Below are positions 38,882-52,905 of a DNA stretch of 64,000 bases, one piece after another (position 1 is the stretch's first letter; every line of letters starts with the position of its first letter). This stretch comes from Ramazzottius varieornatus (taxonomy: Eukaryota > Animalia > Tardigrada). Position numbers and translations under genes: made by a program. The stretch spans positions 620,001 through 684,000 of the forward strand of contig BDGG01000008.1 of assembly GCA_001949185.1 (NCBI GenBank). The letters are read 5' to 3'. The notes beneath the pieces are model-generated. The model was not told the origin of the DNA and made no database searches. It saw nothing but the letters and a program-made list of their open reading frames with translations.

Positions 38882-39051
38882 CAGTGTACGACAAAATAAA
38901 GCGTTAAAAATGGGTGTTGGATTGAGCCAAACGGATAAAGCCAATAAAAGTTGCGCATACAGCAAAACCTGATTTTCATTGGCTGAGGGGTAAATAAGCT
39001 CCAGCTGGAGTGTTACGCCCATTTTAAATTGGTTAATTTTGTCGTACACTG
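38882..39051. mobile_element. Tc1/mariner-type MITE, copy 1
   Basis: TIR CAGTGTACGACAAAAT with TA flanks. A homologous copy lies at 43850-44019. Confidence 0.85.
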
Positions 39052-39112
39052 TAACTTACGACATTTTACGTAGACCGTCTGCCCAAAATACTCCCGAAAC
39101 GACCTGTTCACG

Positions 39113-39906
39113 TTATACAATGTCGGAAATCCATCCGTTTTGGTGATCACGTGGTACTGGCAGCCACCGATCAGTGCTATATGACCCAGTGACCACCACA
39201 AGAAGGGATGCATCGCCGACATTGCGCAGCACTTCCGCCGGCTTCACATAGTCATCAGACCTTGAGTATTTTACCATCAATTATTCTCGATCGTAGTCAC
39301 TGGAACGACGATTCTCGTCGTTTCATGCAAACCGAAAGTTTCAGACAGGGAAAGCTTAATTTAATGTCGAATTCGGCGAAAGACTCTGTAGAGAAGCGGG
39401 AGAGAATTCGAGTAGTAATTATACATCATGCTACGGCTGTCAACGGTGGGAGACTGGGAGTATCCCCTCCAAGTTAGTACTGTACTGATACCTCCGAAGC
39501 ATTGGTGGCGCGTGCATCCGTTGTCCCACAACCCAGCATCTGTCGCTTCAGGCCGCTGGACGCGACGCCCGACCGTTTGGCAATAACGAACACCATTTCG
39601 TTCGTTGTGGGATGTGCCATAGGAGTACCGGTTCCCGGCGTTCGGACGCTTGTTGAGTAGGTGGTCAAGCCGGTATCCGTTTTTCGTATAGCGATATCCG
39701 CGATGACGCCCTTAAAGTTCGCGAGAGCCCATTAAATTTGCGTGCGACAAATCGTATACTGCACCGCAACAGGAAACATGAATGCAAAATTGTTGCTTCT
39801 CACCGGTCGATGTGGATCTTCCATTGTACCTCCGACAGAATATGGGGTCGAACGAATCAGTCAGCAAGAAGACAGCTAAAACCATCGAGAGCTTGCAAAT
39901 GTACAT
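39113..39906 (-). pseudogene. Putative secreted-protein gene with in-frame TAA
   Basis: Signal-like MYICKLSMVLAVFLLTDSF. The reading frame continues past TAA 39712-39714 (GRHRGYRY...GCTRHQCFG). Junction to the last exon is unresolved. Confidence 0.35.
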
Positions 39907-40213
39907 GGAGCAACGAGGCGTTTCAATATCTTCTTAAGTATCCAGAGACCAGTGGTTAAGTAGCAGATACACAGGAAGCGCTGAAGACCACGTGCGGTAA
40001 TTTCACCCGCAACGGTTTTATACATGGCTGGAAAGCAGGAGTTTCCATATTAACGCAATTCATGATGTTAATCTGCTCTGCGGCGCAGCTACTGCTGCAC
40101 GCTGGGTTCCGGAAAGAAACGGATGGCGCCCTTACCGTCAGTAATAATCGTCTCTTCGAAGCTTTGAGACAACGCTAATTTTTCGGTTCTTCGTGTTGAC
40201 AGTTACAATTAAC

Positions 40214-40996
40214 TACACCAGAATTATGCAGCTGTCAGAATGATCTTCGACTGATGCAAAGATGACGACCTTTACCAAAGATATTTTAGCCGTACATGCA
40301 CAGGACAGAATAACTTGTTCATTTCTGCAAACCGAAAACACCGAACGGATATGCCCGGTACCTAGAACAACTTGCCGGTGCACGTGCAAAAGTAACCTTA
40401 AGATACTGTACTACCACGAATGGTTTCATCCGTACGAAACTCCGCCAGCAAACTTTGAGCCATGGCACTGTATACGTCTTTATGCGGCGGATCTCTGCTG
40501 ACACTGATGAAACAGGGCCGCCCATCGGCTATTTTCCAGAGCAAACCTCTGCATGAAGGACTTCTTACTGATGCAGTTCCGCACGCGGGGCTTTGTAGGT
40601 ACTCAGGAGTTCTGAATTATACCGGTACGACATGATGCGGGAGCTCATAGCGGATATGTCTCCTCGACTTGGTCCGATAATGCCCCATCCTATCCCGCCT
40701 GTGCTTCCAGGTGGGAGCTCTCTCAGCACAAAGCCGGACAGCTCTCCGGAAGCGACGAACAATATGTTGTTGGCACGAGATGGGGCAGGGACAGGGGCTC
40801 CGAAACTTGCAACCAGTGGATTCTGCTCGGAGTTTGTTACAGTACATCCACGGCGGTGTGTAGCGGCAGTGCAGCCCATGTACACGGGTGCGTGCGATGG
40901 TTCCCTTGAATTCACGGCACGGATTGCATGGTTTCAGCGTGCACATGTGAACAGGCTGTGAACACTACCAACCTGGCACCACTGCGTGTTCACCAT
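40214..40996 (-). CDS. Putative small multi-exon gene, possible BRICHOS-like domain; start unresolved
   Basis: In-phase splice gives ..SRIMSYR|GLLWKIADGRPCFISVSRDPPHKDVYSAMAQSLLAEFRTDETIRG|TGHIRSVFSVCRNEQV. Confidence 0.35.
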
Positions 40997-41280
40997 GCGC
41001 TCAGTTTTCTGTCAACTTACTAAAAGAGATCGGCCACAGAAAGAATCTCGATTGATGCATCACCGTGCGGTCATAACACTAATTCATAACGAACTCCCCA
41101 GCTGTGCAACTACTCGTAGAAAACTTAAATTATCTAATCCAGTTCTGCAAAAACATGTGTGAGAGGAGAAAAGCAACATGGCCGGAACTCAGAAACCGCC
41201 ATCAAATCTCATCCAAATTTCTCAGCTGTACACTAGAGAATCAGTCTGCAAGTAAGCGTCTCAAGGACCACTGCTACTCA

Positions 41281-43729
41281 TTATATAATCGTATAGACAT
41301 CAGCAGCCGACATCTTACTGCTCCTCGATCGCGAGACGGAACCGCGAGGTTGGGGACTGCCATCGATGTGAACTATCTCGGAAGATGATGCCGAAGAATC
41401 GTTGGTCATGTCGCTGGTCGTGGCAAGCGGGCAGGACACGCCCGTACCAATCTCATCTATGGACTGAATCTGCACCGTCAGAGTGCCCATCGACGTCGGA
41501 ATTAACGCCGGCATGAAAACAGGAACCGCTAAGAAGAGTTTGCCAGGTACAGGAAGACCATTGGTGGACGAGACTACAAAGTCCTGGACCGGAGCTCCCG
41601 CCTTGGTTCCATTCAAACTTGCGTTCGGCTTGCCGTTCGTTCTTATTCCTGTAAATCAACGCTATTGACTCTGTGTTTTGATAACCGTCGAGACGTTCAA
41701 TTCTACAGTAATTTGCACGTAATCCTAATTAATTGGTTGTCCTTCATATCCGTTTTCTCTATATTCGTTAATTTCTCTCCTTCTTTGATTTTGCCCGTAT
41801 TTGGTCGTTACCATTAGTTGTGGCTTTCTTTGAGACATTTTCTTTCTCAGAGAAGCCGTTATTCTGCATGGGATGTATCCGCATGTCGATGCTTGGTAGA
41901 ATCTCCCTGAAGATCCGCTCCTCATACTCTCTGGTCCAGACTATCACAGGTCTTTGCCCCATCCCCACCACGTTCACCGGTTCAATCTGCTCGACCTTCG
42001 GCAGGTTGATTTCTCTTTCGATATCCAGCGACCCGAACGACACTTCCAACGCCTTCTGCAGCAGCGCCATCTGTGCCATATCTTCGATCTTCAAAGTGAA
42101 AGTAAGGAAGTCAGCGCGAAGGTTCCCGCACGGCGACCGAGAGACATCGAAATGTGCAAGATCCAAGACTTCAGAGGCTAGTAGGAAAGTGACTGTGGTG
42201 GAGAAGTCGGCGTCGGCAGAAGCGGACAAACTCGCCACTTCAGAGAAGGGCACATGCAGAAACCTTGAGCTACTTGGCGTTGTGCTAACCTCGAAAGATA
42301 AATTTTTTGAACCTAGGCTGAAATGCAAGGACCATGGATCTCTTTCCGCGAAGTCGTGTGGACTGTTTTGAGGACTTGGCTCGTCCATGTCGACTGTCTG
42401 GCAGAAGGTGACAGGCGACTGGATCGGGAAGGAAAAGACTCGTCGATGGATACCTAAACTACTGTTGAAAATGGAAGCAAGTTCGTAAGGCACACATTTC
42501 GAGGCTTCGAGGTTCGACTTTCCATCGACGAGGACCGCGCAGATCTCTGCGAAAAAAAGACAAAGTTGAGTTATTCCACTATCCGAACTTGTCGATCTTC
42601 TGTGAGACTACATCTCTAAATATTCTACCTATTGCCAGTGGTCCTAGATCGGAGAGTCTAATGAACTCAGAGACGCCGTTTTGGTCGGTGTTCCAGACAA
42701 TCTGCAGCAGTTTCCCGATGAGCCACTGATGTTCGAAGTCGCCTTTGTCGTGGACCTTTGCTAGTTCTTTTACGAGGTCTCTGAGTAAACTGTCTCCGAA
42801 GAAGGAAAATTTGTACGTCGTGCACCAAGTCATGATCAGGCTGAGTATCTGTTTTCCAACGGGAATTGTAGCAGGTTTCAAAAGGCGCAAGAGCTTGGGC
42901 ATGGTACCCCGGACTAGACTTTTGACATCGGCTTCTTCGTTGTGAACTCCCAGAAAACGACAGATGAACCACGAAGTTGTTATCAGATCAACCAACTTCT
43001 TCGCCAGACGCATGTGCGTGTTCTTCAGGACTTGAGAAGTTCCTTCGCTGTGCTTTGTCCGCGGAAGGTAGCGCTCCACCGTCAGTACAAGCTGGGTCAT
43101 TAGTAATACTGCAAAAACGAATTGTACATGCTATACAGTAGTACGAGTGCGCTGTTTGCTATAGAATTCAGATACACACCACGAGACAAAACGGCGAACT
43201 CGGCCACCCCGACTTCCACTTGTCCGATCCGAAGGATAGTCAGAGGTGGCAGATTAACGAGCCGTGCCCCGTGAGTCCGCATATATACATATAGATAGCA
43301 TGAAAATGTCAACAGAAGCAATGTACCGTTACTGCCTAACTTCTCTCCTCCGCTCGAACACATCAAAATTCACTGCAAGGAAGAAGGCACGAAGACTGCA
43401 CTCTACTAACCTGGATCAAGGAGCCCCACTTGGGAGACGACGTTGAAGAACGACTGCGCTATCGTCGACTGGATAGCAGAACGTCCAGCCTTCAAGCTAT
43501 TGAATATGTCCTCCAGTACGCTTAGCCGATCATCTACAGACTCTAGTAGCTCCAGTGAACCTTCCTCGTTCTTCAGACTGGCTAGCAATTCCTTCGCGCG
43601 AGCTCTGGACTTCTTGTCGAGCGACATCTTTCGGTGCTCGGCGCTCAAGGATCCGACCTTCTCGCCATACTCGTAGTCTTGCACCGCTTCGATATCATTC
43701 CTGGTTTGGCTCCTGGTTTCCCGTGTCAT
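41281..43729 (-). CDS. SYCP2/SYCP2L-like meiotic chromosome-axis protein, 633 aa; exons 43411-43729, 42629-43108, 41812-42546, 41281-41648
   Basis: All phase-1 junctions give 1902 nt. Motifs GDFEHQ, FNSSLGIHRRVFSFP and WSLHFSLGSKNLSF match, in order, my recollection of SYCP2 GDY(D/E)LQ, VNGMLGDKRRVFTFP and FWIDFNLGSQTLSF. Confidence 0.65.
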
Positions 43730-43849
43730 TTTCCAAGATGAAGCGTAACCTAGAACAAGAACGAGGCAAGAAGAATAAAGCTTAGGCAGAGCTGCAGAGG
43801 GTCCTAAGGAGGAAACAAGGATTAGGGAAATAATCATCTTATCTTCTTA

Positions 43850-44019
43850 TAGTGTACGACAAAATAAACCGTTAAAAATGGGCGTTGGATGGAGCCAGAT
43901 GGATAAAGCCAAACGAAATTTGCGCATGCAGCAAAATATAATTCTCATTGGCTGAATTCTGAATCAGCTCCGGCTGCAGTGTTACGCCCATTCTTGACGA
44001 TTAATTTTGTCGTACACTG
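43850..44019. mobile_element. Tc1/mariner-type MITE, copy 2
   Basis: Same TIR and internal sequence as 38882-39051, with TA flanks. Confidence 0.85.
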
Positions 44020-44378
44020 TAGCTCCCAAGGAAAATTGGCACGTACTGTAGTTGGATTCCGCTAACAAGCATAGGTTATCCGTGGCAGGAATTATCCGCG
44101 ATGACCTCCCAAATGGCTCATCTGTCCCAGTCTAGAGTTTGCGATTATCGCCATGTGACATGTCGTCATTTCACATGACATGATCGCCATTGATCGGAAC
44201 ATGATGGTGATGGATTTCATTTTCAAAATTTTTGTTTTTTCCTTCTTCTGTGAGTCTGCGAATTGCGAACGGTTCCATTCTTAACACCTTTACCTTGTGG
44301 TTCTGATCTCCCATGCCGAGGAAAGTTGCTGCTGGAGTCGGACACTTGTAGGGCCGACTGCTGAGTGTTATCGGTTGA

Positions 44379-47821
<3,443 letters not shown>

Positions 47822-48138
47822 CGACCGCTTTGGAAAACGGAGAATTTCACAGAATAATATAACTATTGAACTCAATCGATTCCTTTGTTTTTTATCGACA
47901 TCAGAAACTCTGTTGTTATCGTGCTGATTGATGGTGGTAACTGGAAGACATATCGTTACTTCTTTGACTTTTGTTCAGCGATTTCACAACTGTAGAAAAT
48001 TCATGGTTGCAATCCTTGGTTCCCGATAAGGCATGTAAATGTTACCGATCTTTCGAAAATGGTAGATTAAATAGGGGGAGAAATGAGAAACGTGCTAGAA
48101 AGGACCTCCAGAAAGGTGCTTAGTCACACTGATTTAAT

Positions 48139-49771
48139 TTAGGCTTTGGCAGTTGGATAGATATCCCCTAAGACACGAATTCCGTCCTTATCCACCTTGT
48201 GTATCTTGAACTTCGGGATGTTGAGAATGAAACGCTTATACAACTGAAAAGCAACACATACACCGTCAGGTCGTCATTCTCTGTACGGAGTATTAGGGAA
48301 ATCTAGGACGATCGAAGTACCTCGTTGATGCAGAACTGAAGAAGTTGAATTCCTTCTTCCTGGGTCATGTCTGGTCGGTAATGTTTGTCCAGCAGACCAA
48401 ACGTGAAGGATGCGGCATATCCATGTACAGCGAACGGCATCTTGGCTAACGTACCCATGTAGTCGATGTAGAACAAGGAAGGACCTTCAATTATGTCGTG
48501 TCCAGCCAACAACATGTTCACCTGGTACGGCGTCTGTAAAACACAAATATGGATTTCGCACAGCCGGAAACGCTGTTTTAATATCACTTCGTACTCGGCT
48601 TCGAAGAAATTCAGCAATCTGTGCCCGAACGAAGTAGGCAGCTGCTGATGGCGACAGATCGTAACCATGTCGCATCCGGTACAGTTTCAGGTTCTTCTCC
48701 ACGTACTCGCCGAACTGCTCCGTGTCTCCGGACTCGCCATTGGTCAATAGAAGCAGCTTTTCACCCAGCTGGTAGGTCTTGTCGGTGTCTGCAAACAGAA
48801 AGAAAGATGGTCAGCCTTACGTAGCAACCTTCATTCGATGATAACTCTTCTGCGTGATCATTTTAAGATGGCTCTAGCCTACTACAAACTCCTAGACACC
48901 GGAAGTGACTTCGTTCAAAAGATTCTCGAGCTACAGAACAAACTCATTTTAGAGATCAAGCTTGAGAATGCGGCCGCCACGAAGATTCAATGTGCTTGGC
49001 GCCGTTATAAAGCTTGGACGATGGTCCAATACTGGCAACAGTGCGCTAAAACCATCCAGAAGCTATGGAAAGGTTACGAAGCCCGGAAGAAGTTGCGCCA
49101 GATGAAGATCAAACGGGAACACCAGAAGCTCATCGCAAATCTTGACAAGCACGCCACTGTCATCCAGTCAGCTTGGAGAGGATACTCCACGCGAAAGAAC
49201 ATCCTCGACTTCTGTGCCCGGAAACGCTATCTAACCGAACTAGCTATCACTAACGATCGTGTTCAAACTGCCATGCGAGCACACTATCAGGAGAGCGAGA
49301 GAAGCCAAGCTGAGCAACTACGGAGTAAGTGCGAAGCTGCGGCTGAAAAGGCTCTAGAGAAGATGCACGTCCAGCTTAGTACGACAGTCCATCCTGGAGT
49401 GCTGGCGAAGAACGTACGGCTGGAAGACGCGGTGAAGGAGCAAGTACGGAAACAGCTTCGAAGTGATCCAACCATTTTAGCTGCACTCGCTCCACCGGAG
49501 CATCCAACGTTATATGGGAAGAGTGCTGCGGAGCGCCATCAGCCTCCCTCGAAAGATAAGGTTAGGAATGAGCGACGGCCGGTCCGGGAGCACGTGTGCA
49601 GCGACCATCATTGATCCGATCTTAGCTGAGCCTTTTAGAACAATTGGGTTAGTGGGGAGATAGCGAGATGTTCTTACCTTGATGGAGTGAGATGATGCTG
49701 AACGCTGTCACGGTGTCGGCTGCGACCAGGACGAAATCCTTGAACTGAATCCCAAACAGACACTCTCCCAT
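48139..49771 (-). CDS. PSMB2: Proteasome subunit beta type-2 (beta4), multi-exon
   Basis: MGECLFGIQFKDFVLVAAD, GESGDTEQFGEYVEKNLKLYRMRHGYDLSP, TPYQVNMLLAG, IDYMG and HGY motifs. The first coding intron is 48789-49677. Confidence 0.93.
48868..49614 (+). CDS. SPATA17: Spermatogenesis-associated protein 17-like (three IQ motifs), intronless, nested in PSMB2 intron
   Basis: IQ motifs KIQCAWRRY, TIQKLWKGYEAR and VIQSAWRGYSTRK, plus ENAAA, TND and KMHVQLST..PG motifs characteristic of SPATA17. Alternative upstream ATG at 48838. Confidence 0.8.
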   Translation: MALAYYKLLDTGSDFVQKILELQNKLILEIKLENAAATKIQCAWRRYKAWTMVQYWQQCAKTIQKLWKGYEARKKLRQMKIKREHQKLIANLDKHATVIQSAWRGYSTRKNILDFCARKRYLTELAITNDRVQTAMRAHYQESERSQAEQLRSKCEAAAEKALEKMHVQLSTTVHPGVLAKNVRLEDAVKEQVRKQLRSDPTILAALAPPEHPTLYGKSAAERHQPPSKDKVRNERRPVREHVCSDHH

Positions 49772-50444
49772 CTTGGCACTGCGGTCTTTGCTCCTGTGGA
49801 TATTTTGTCTAGAAGCCCCGAGTCCAAGCTCACAACTGGACCAATCCAACAGAGAAAACTGTGCTCCAGAAAACGTGGAATAAAGTGTGATGTGTGCTAC
49901 TGTAGCAGAGTGATCACTCTGGTGCTAGCGTGTGTTCTCGTTTTCGTGCTGCGTCATGCTTACCTCACCTAGACAGATAACCTGACACGATACAACACGT
50001 TGTGCACAACATGTCTGGTTGATCGACGAGGTCTCGGTCGATGTCTCGAGGAGTGCGGATTGACTGCAGAAGTCCCGCCGTGGGCGGGGGCGGTGGAGAT
50101 GCTGCGATCAGCGATCCCACGAACCCTGCGCCTTATGACCAGGAGAGTATGATCTCCGTTATTTAGAAAAGGTACAGTACTGTACGATAAGTTCAGACTT
50201 GGTAGATTGAACCCTTACCCTCGTACGAACCGCAGTCCGACGGAATTAGCGACAGAAAGGTCTCTTTCATTAGTAGGTATACTTTCAGATTCATCATTTT
50301 TTTATCCAGTCAAACGCTTGTAAAGAACTGAAGAAGAAAAGACACACTTTCCCAGTTAAGACAAAAATAACGCGTCAATCTGTACATTTGACAATCTATT
50401 CGCGAAGGCTCGCACCAGAATCCACCTGTCCATGTTCACACCCA

Positions 50445-51984
50445 TCACGGTTCGTGGACGTCGCCTTTCGAATGCTCACCAAAAGAACTACCAGTGCTCT
50501 TTGAATCAGTATCAGCATCCGACTTGCCGAAGCTGAAGAGCTTCATCCCCTTCGATCGAGAGCTCGATGGCTTGGGTCCATCGCGTCGTAGACCTTTGTT
50601 CTGTCCCGAAAAGAAACCTCCCGGTCCGCGATGGGGAAACCCTCCTGGTCCTCCCATGGCCCTCATCATCTTCTGCTGTCCGCGACGGTCGATCACCACA
50701 ACGTTCTTTCGAATGAAGTCTATCATACCTTCGACAGTCTGAGCGTAGATCCCGACTGACGAAGTCATGATGGCTTGCAGGCGCATCTACGCGAAGTAAA
50801 GTTATCAAGTGCCTAATGAACACGTTATATTTTCCAGCTGAGATGGCTGGACTTACGACACTGTACTTTTCTTTCTGTTCATCGCTATCCAGGCTTTCCA
50901 AAAGGTCGATAATACGCTTCAGCTCAATGAGGATTTCGTTGTCCGGTGGCAGTGTTCCAGCTTCAACCGCCCGGACGTACTGACAAATCACAGAAAGACG
51001 TTCCTGGAGCATACGCACGGCGCTGGTCATGGAGCGCATACTGATCTGATACTCGTTCTCCCCAGTAGCTGATTCTGCAGTCTCGGTGTCTGCTTTCGTG
51101 GCAATGTGGTTTACACCAACCTGCTCTGAGTCTTCGAAGACCATATTGTACTCAACAGGAATAAACTTGACTTTTGGCTGAAACGACAATAAAAATTGGC
51201 TTTACGATCTTCAGCTCTACGACAAAGGTTTTAGATACTGTCACACCTCTCCCGAGACGAACTCGATGATCGATTCGAAGAGATCCGCAGGGAAGGCGTC
51301 CGGCTTGCCAGGTCTAGTTTTGAGGAGGAACGGATTTTGCGACACTTCCCAAAACTACAATGATAAATTTTCCATCACCCACACTGTAGAAACCGAGTTG
51401 AAATGAACGAAAAGTTTAGAAAATTCTCTGATACTTGATTTTGTAGATCGAGGTCGTTCATGGTGAGGTATTCGTCCGAAACGCAATACCAACCGATGTA
51501 GTCGAGATCAGGGAAGATCTGTTTGACTGTTAGAAACAAAGGGATGGTGTTCGCCTGTCAGTCCAGTTCATCACAACCAAACTTACACTGCACTTCCTTC
51601 ATTAGCCAGTACGTCTTGTCCAGCTCAAGCCTCTTTCCAATCACATCCACCTTGATCTCAAACGCAAAGCAAATCTCCGTCTTTGATCCATCTTGTCGTC
51701 CAAGCAGTGCTCCATATACTGCACAGAACAGAAATTATTATTGTGTTTCATAGTGGAAGTCAACAGATCATGCTTATCATTCCCATCAGCAACTTCTCAC
51801 CTTGTAACTTGCCAGCGTGCTGTGCCACATTCCGGTGATAGTGATCGGCTATGTGGAGAAAGACAACGGGATGAACATCCACCTGCGTTGTGGCATTATT
51901 TGTCCCACTGGCTAGCAGAACGGCGGCATCGGCTTCGGATAACGGGCAGCGTTTGGATCCTTGCGCGAAGCTCAAACTCGTCAT
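50445..51984 (-). CDS. COPS6: COP9 signalosome subunit 6 (MPN- domain), divergent, multi-exon
   Basis: HPVVFLHIADH, YGALLGRQ, KEVQFKQIFPDLDYIGWY, EQVGVNHIA, SAVRMLQERL..I.QYV and C-terminal DRRG..MR..G..F motifs. Start codon is tentative. Confidence 0.8.
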
Positions 51985-52780
51985 CTTGGAAGGTAGCTTA
52001 TTGATCAAGGCACGCCCAACCGTAATCCCAGCTTCTATCCGAGCAACGGAAGATCCTGTGAGCGCTTCAACTCTCTCGGAGTCTCTCCCGAATGAACTTG
52101 TCTTTGACTCTCTGATCCTGTTCTGCGGTCCGTACTCGTTCGCTGCTCGTTCGCGGCCCCGGGGCCATGGCACGCACCATGATTACGCCCAGCGTTAGAC
52201 GGGGATTTTCGCAGTGAATTTCCAGCCTAATACAGTATCGAATTTTACGGAGCTGTAACATGCGACCCGCCTAGATCTGGATCCAATGAGGAATTTGTCA
52301 TCAGTGCGCAGATTCTGCCTTTACTAAGTGGTGAACCCGTGTTCGAACGACGCTTAGAGTGCATTTTTAAAGACGAAAAAGATTCTGATTGATTGACCTG
52401 CGTTCCTGAGTTGGAATGTTGCGCAGCCGTTCTGTGTTTTCGGTAATTCCCATTAATTCGCTGCGAAAATGCCTCGTCCAAAGCTGATTACGCCGAGCCA
52501 GTGTTCGGCAGGTAAACATTTCGTGCTACTGTATGCTCTCCCGAAATTCATGTACGTCACTGATTCAGACTGTTATGGTCACCGTATGAGAACTCTTTCT
52601 CTAGTTTTACGCTCTGAATGGAGTAACGTACGTGAATTTGGGGAGAGTATACAGTACTCATCATGGTATCATGGTAAAGACCCGAAATGGTTCGGATGGA
52701 TGAGATTCAATCGGGGCACCGGAATGTTCACCTGCCAAACACTGCGCCAAGCAGTAGTGATGTTCTAATATGGGTTAATG

Positions 52781-52905
52781 CAGTGTTGTTCCGATACGAC
52801 AGCGGAACTAATTCGAATCCGGTCGCCCATGTTAAGTCCATGGCTACAACGGGCCATATCGGAATTGAATTCTGCATTAAAATACATTGTATCGGAGCAA
52901 CACTG
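52781..52905. mobile_element. 125-bp hAT MITE
   Basis: 17-bp TIR CAGTGTTG(T/C)TCCGATAC and 8-bp TSD GGTTAATG (52773-52780, 52906-52913). Confidence 0.88.

Noticed and set aside
33289-39714. TAA recoding or readthrough as an explanation for in-frame stops
   Set aside because: EB1, ACSF2, PSMB2 and eIF5A end normally at TAA, and the 33-kb copy also has a frameshift, so pseudogenisation is simpler.
50020-50150. Minus-strand ATACTCTCCTGG resembling the U1 snRNA 5' end
   Set aside because: It mismatches the ACTTAC pairing site and has no clear U1-70K loop or Sm site. Nearby GTAAG donors suggest PSMB2 5' UTR exons instead.
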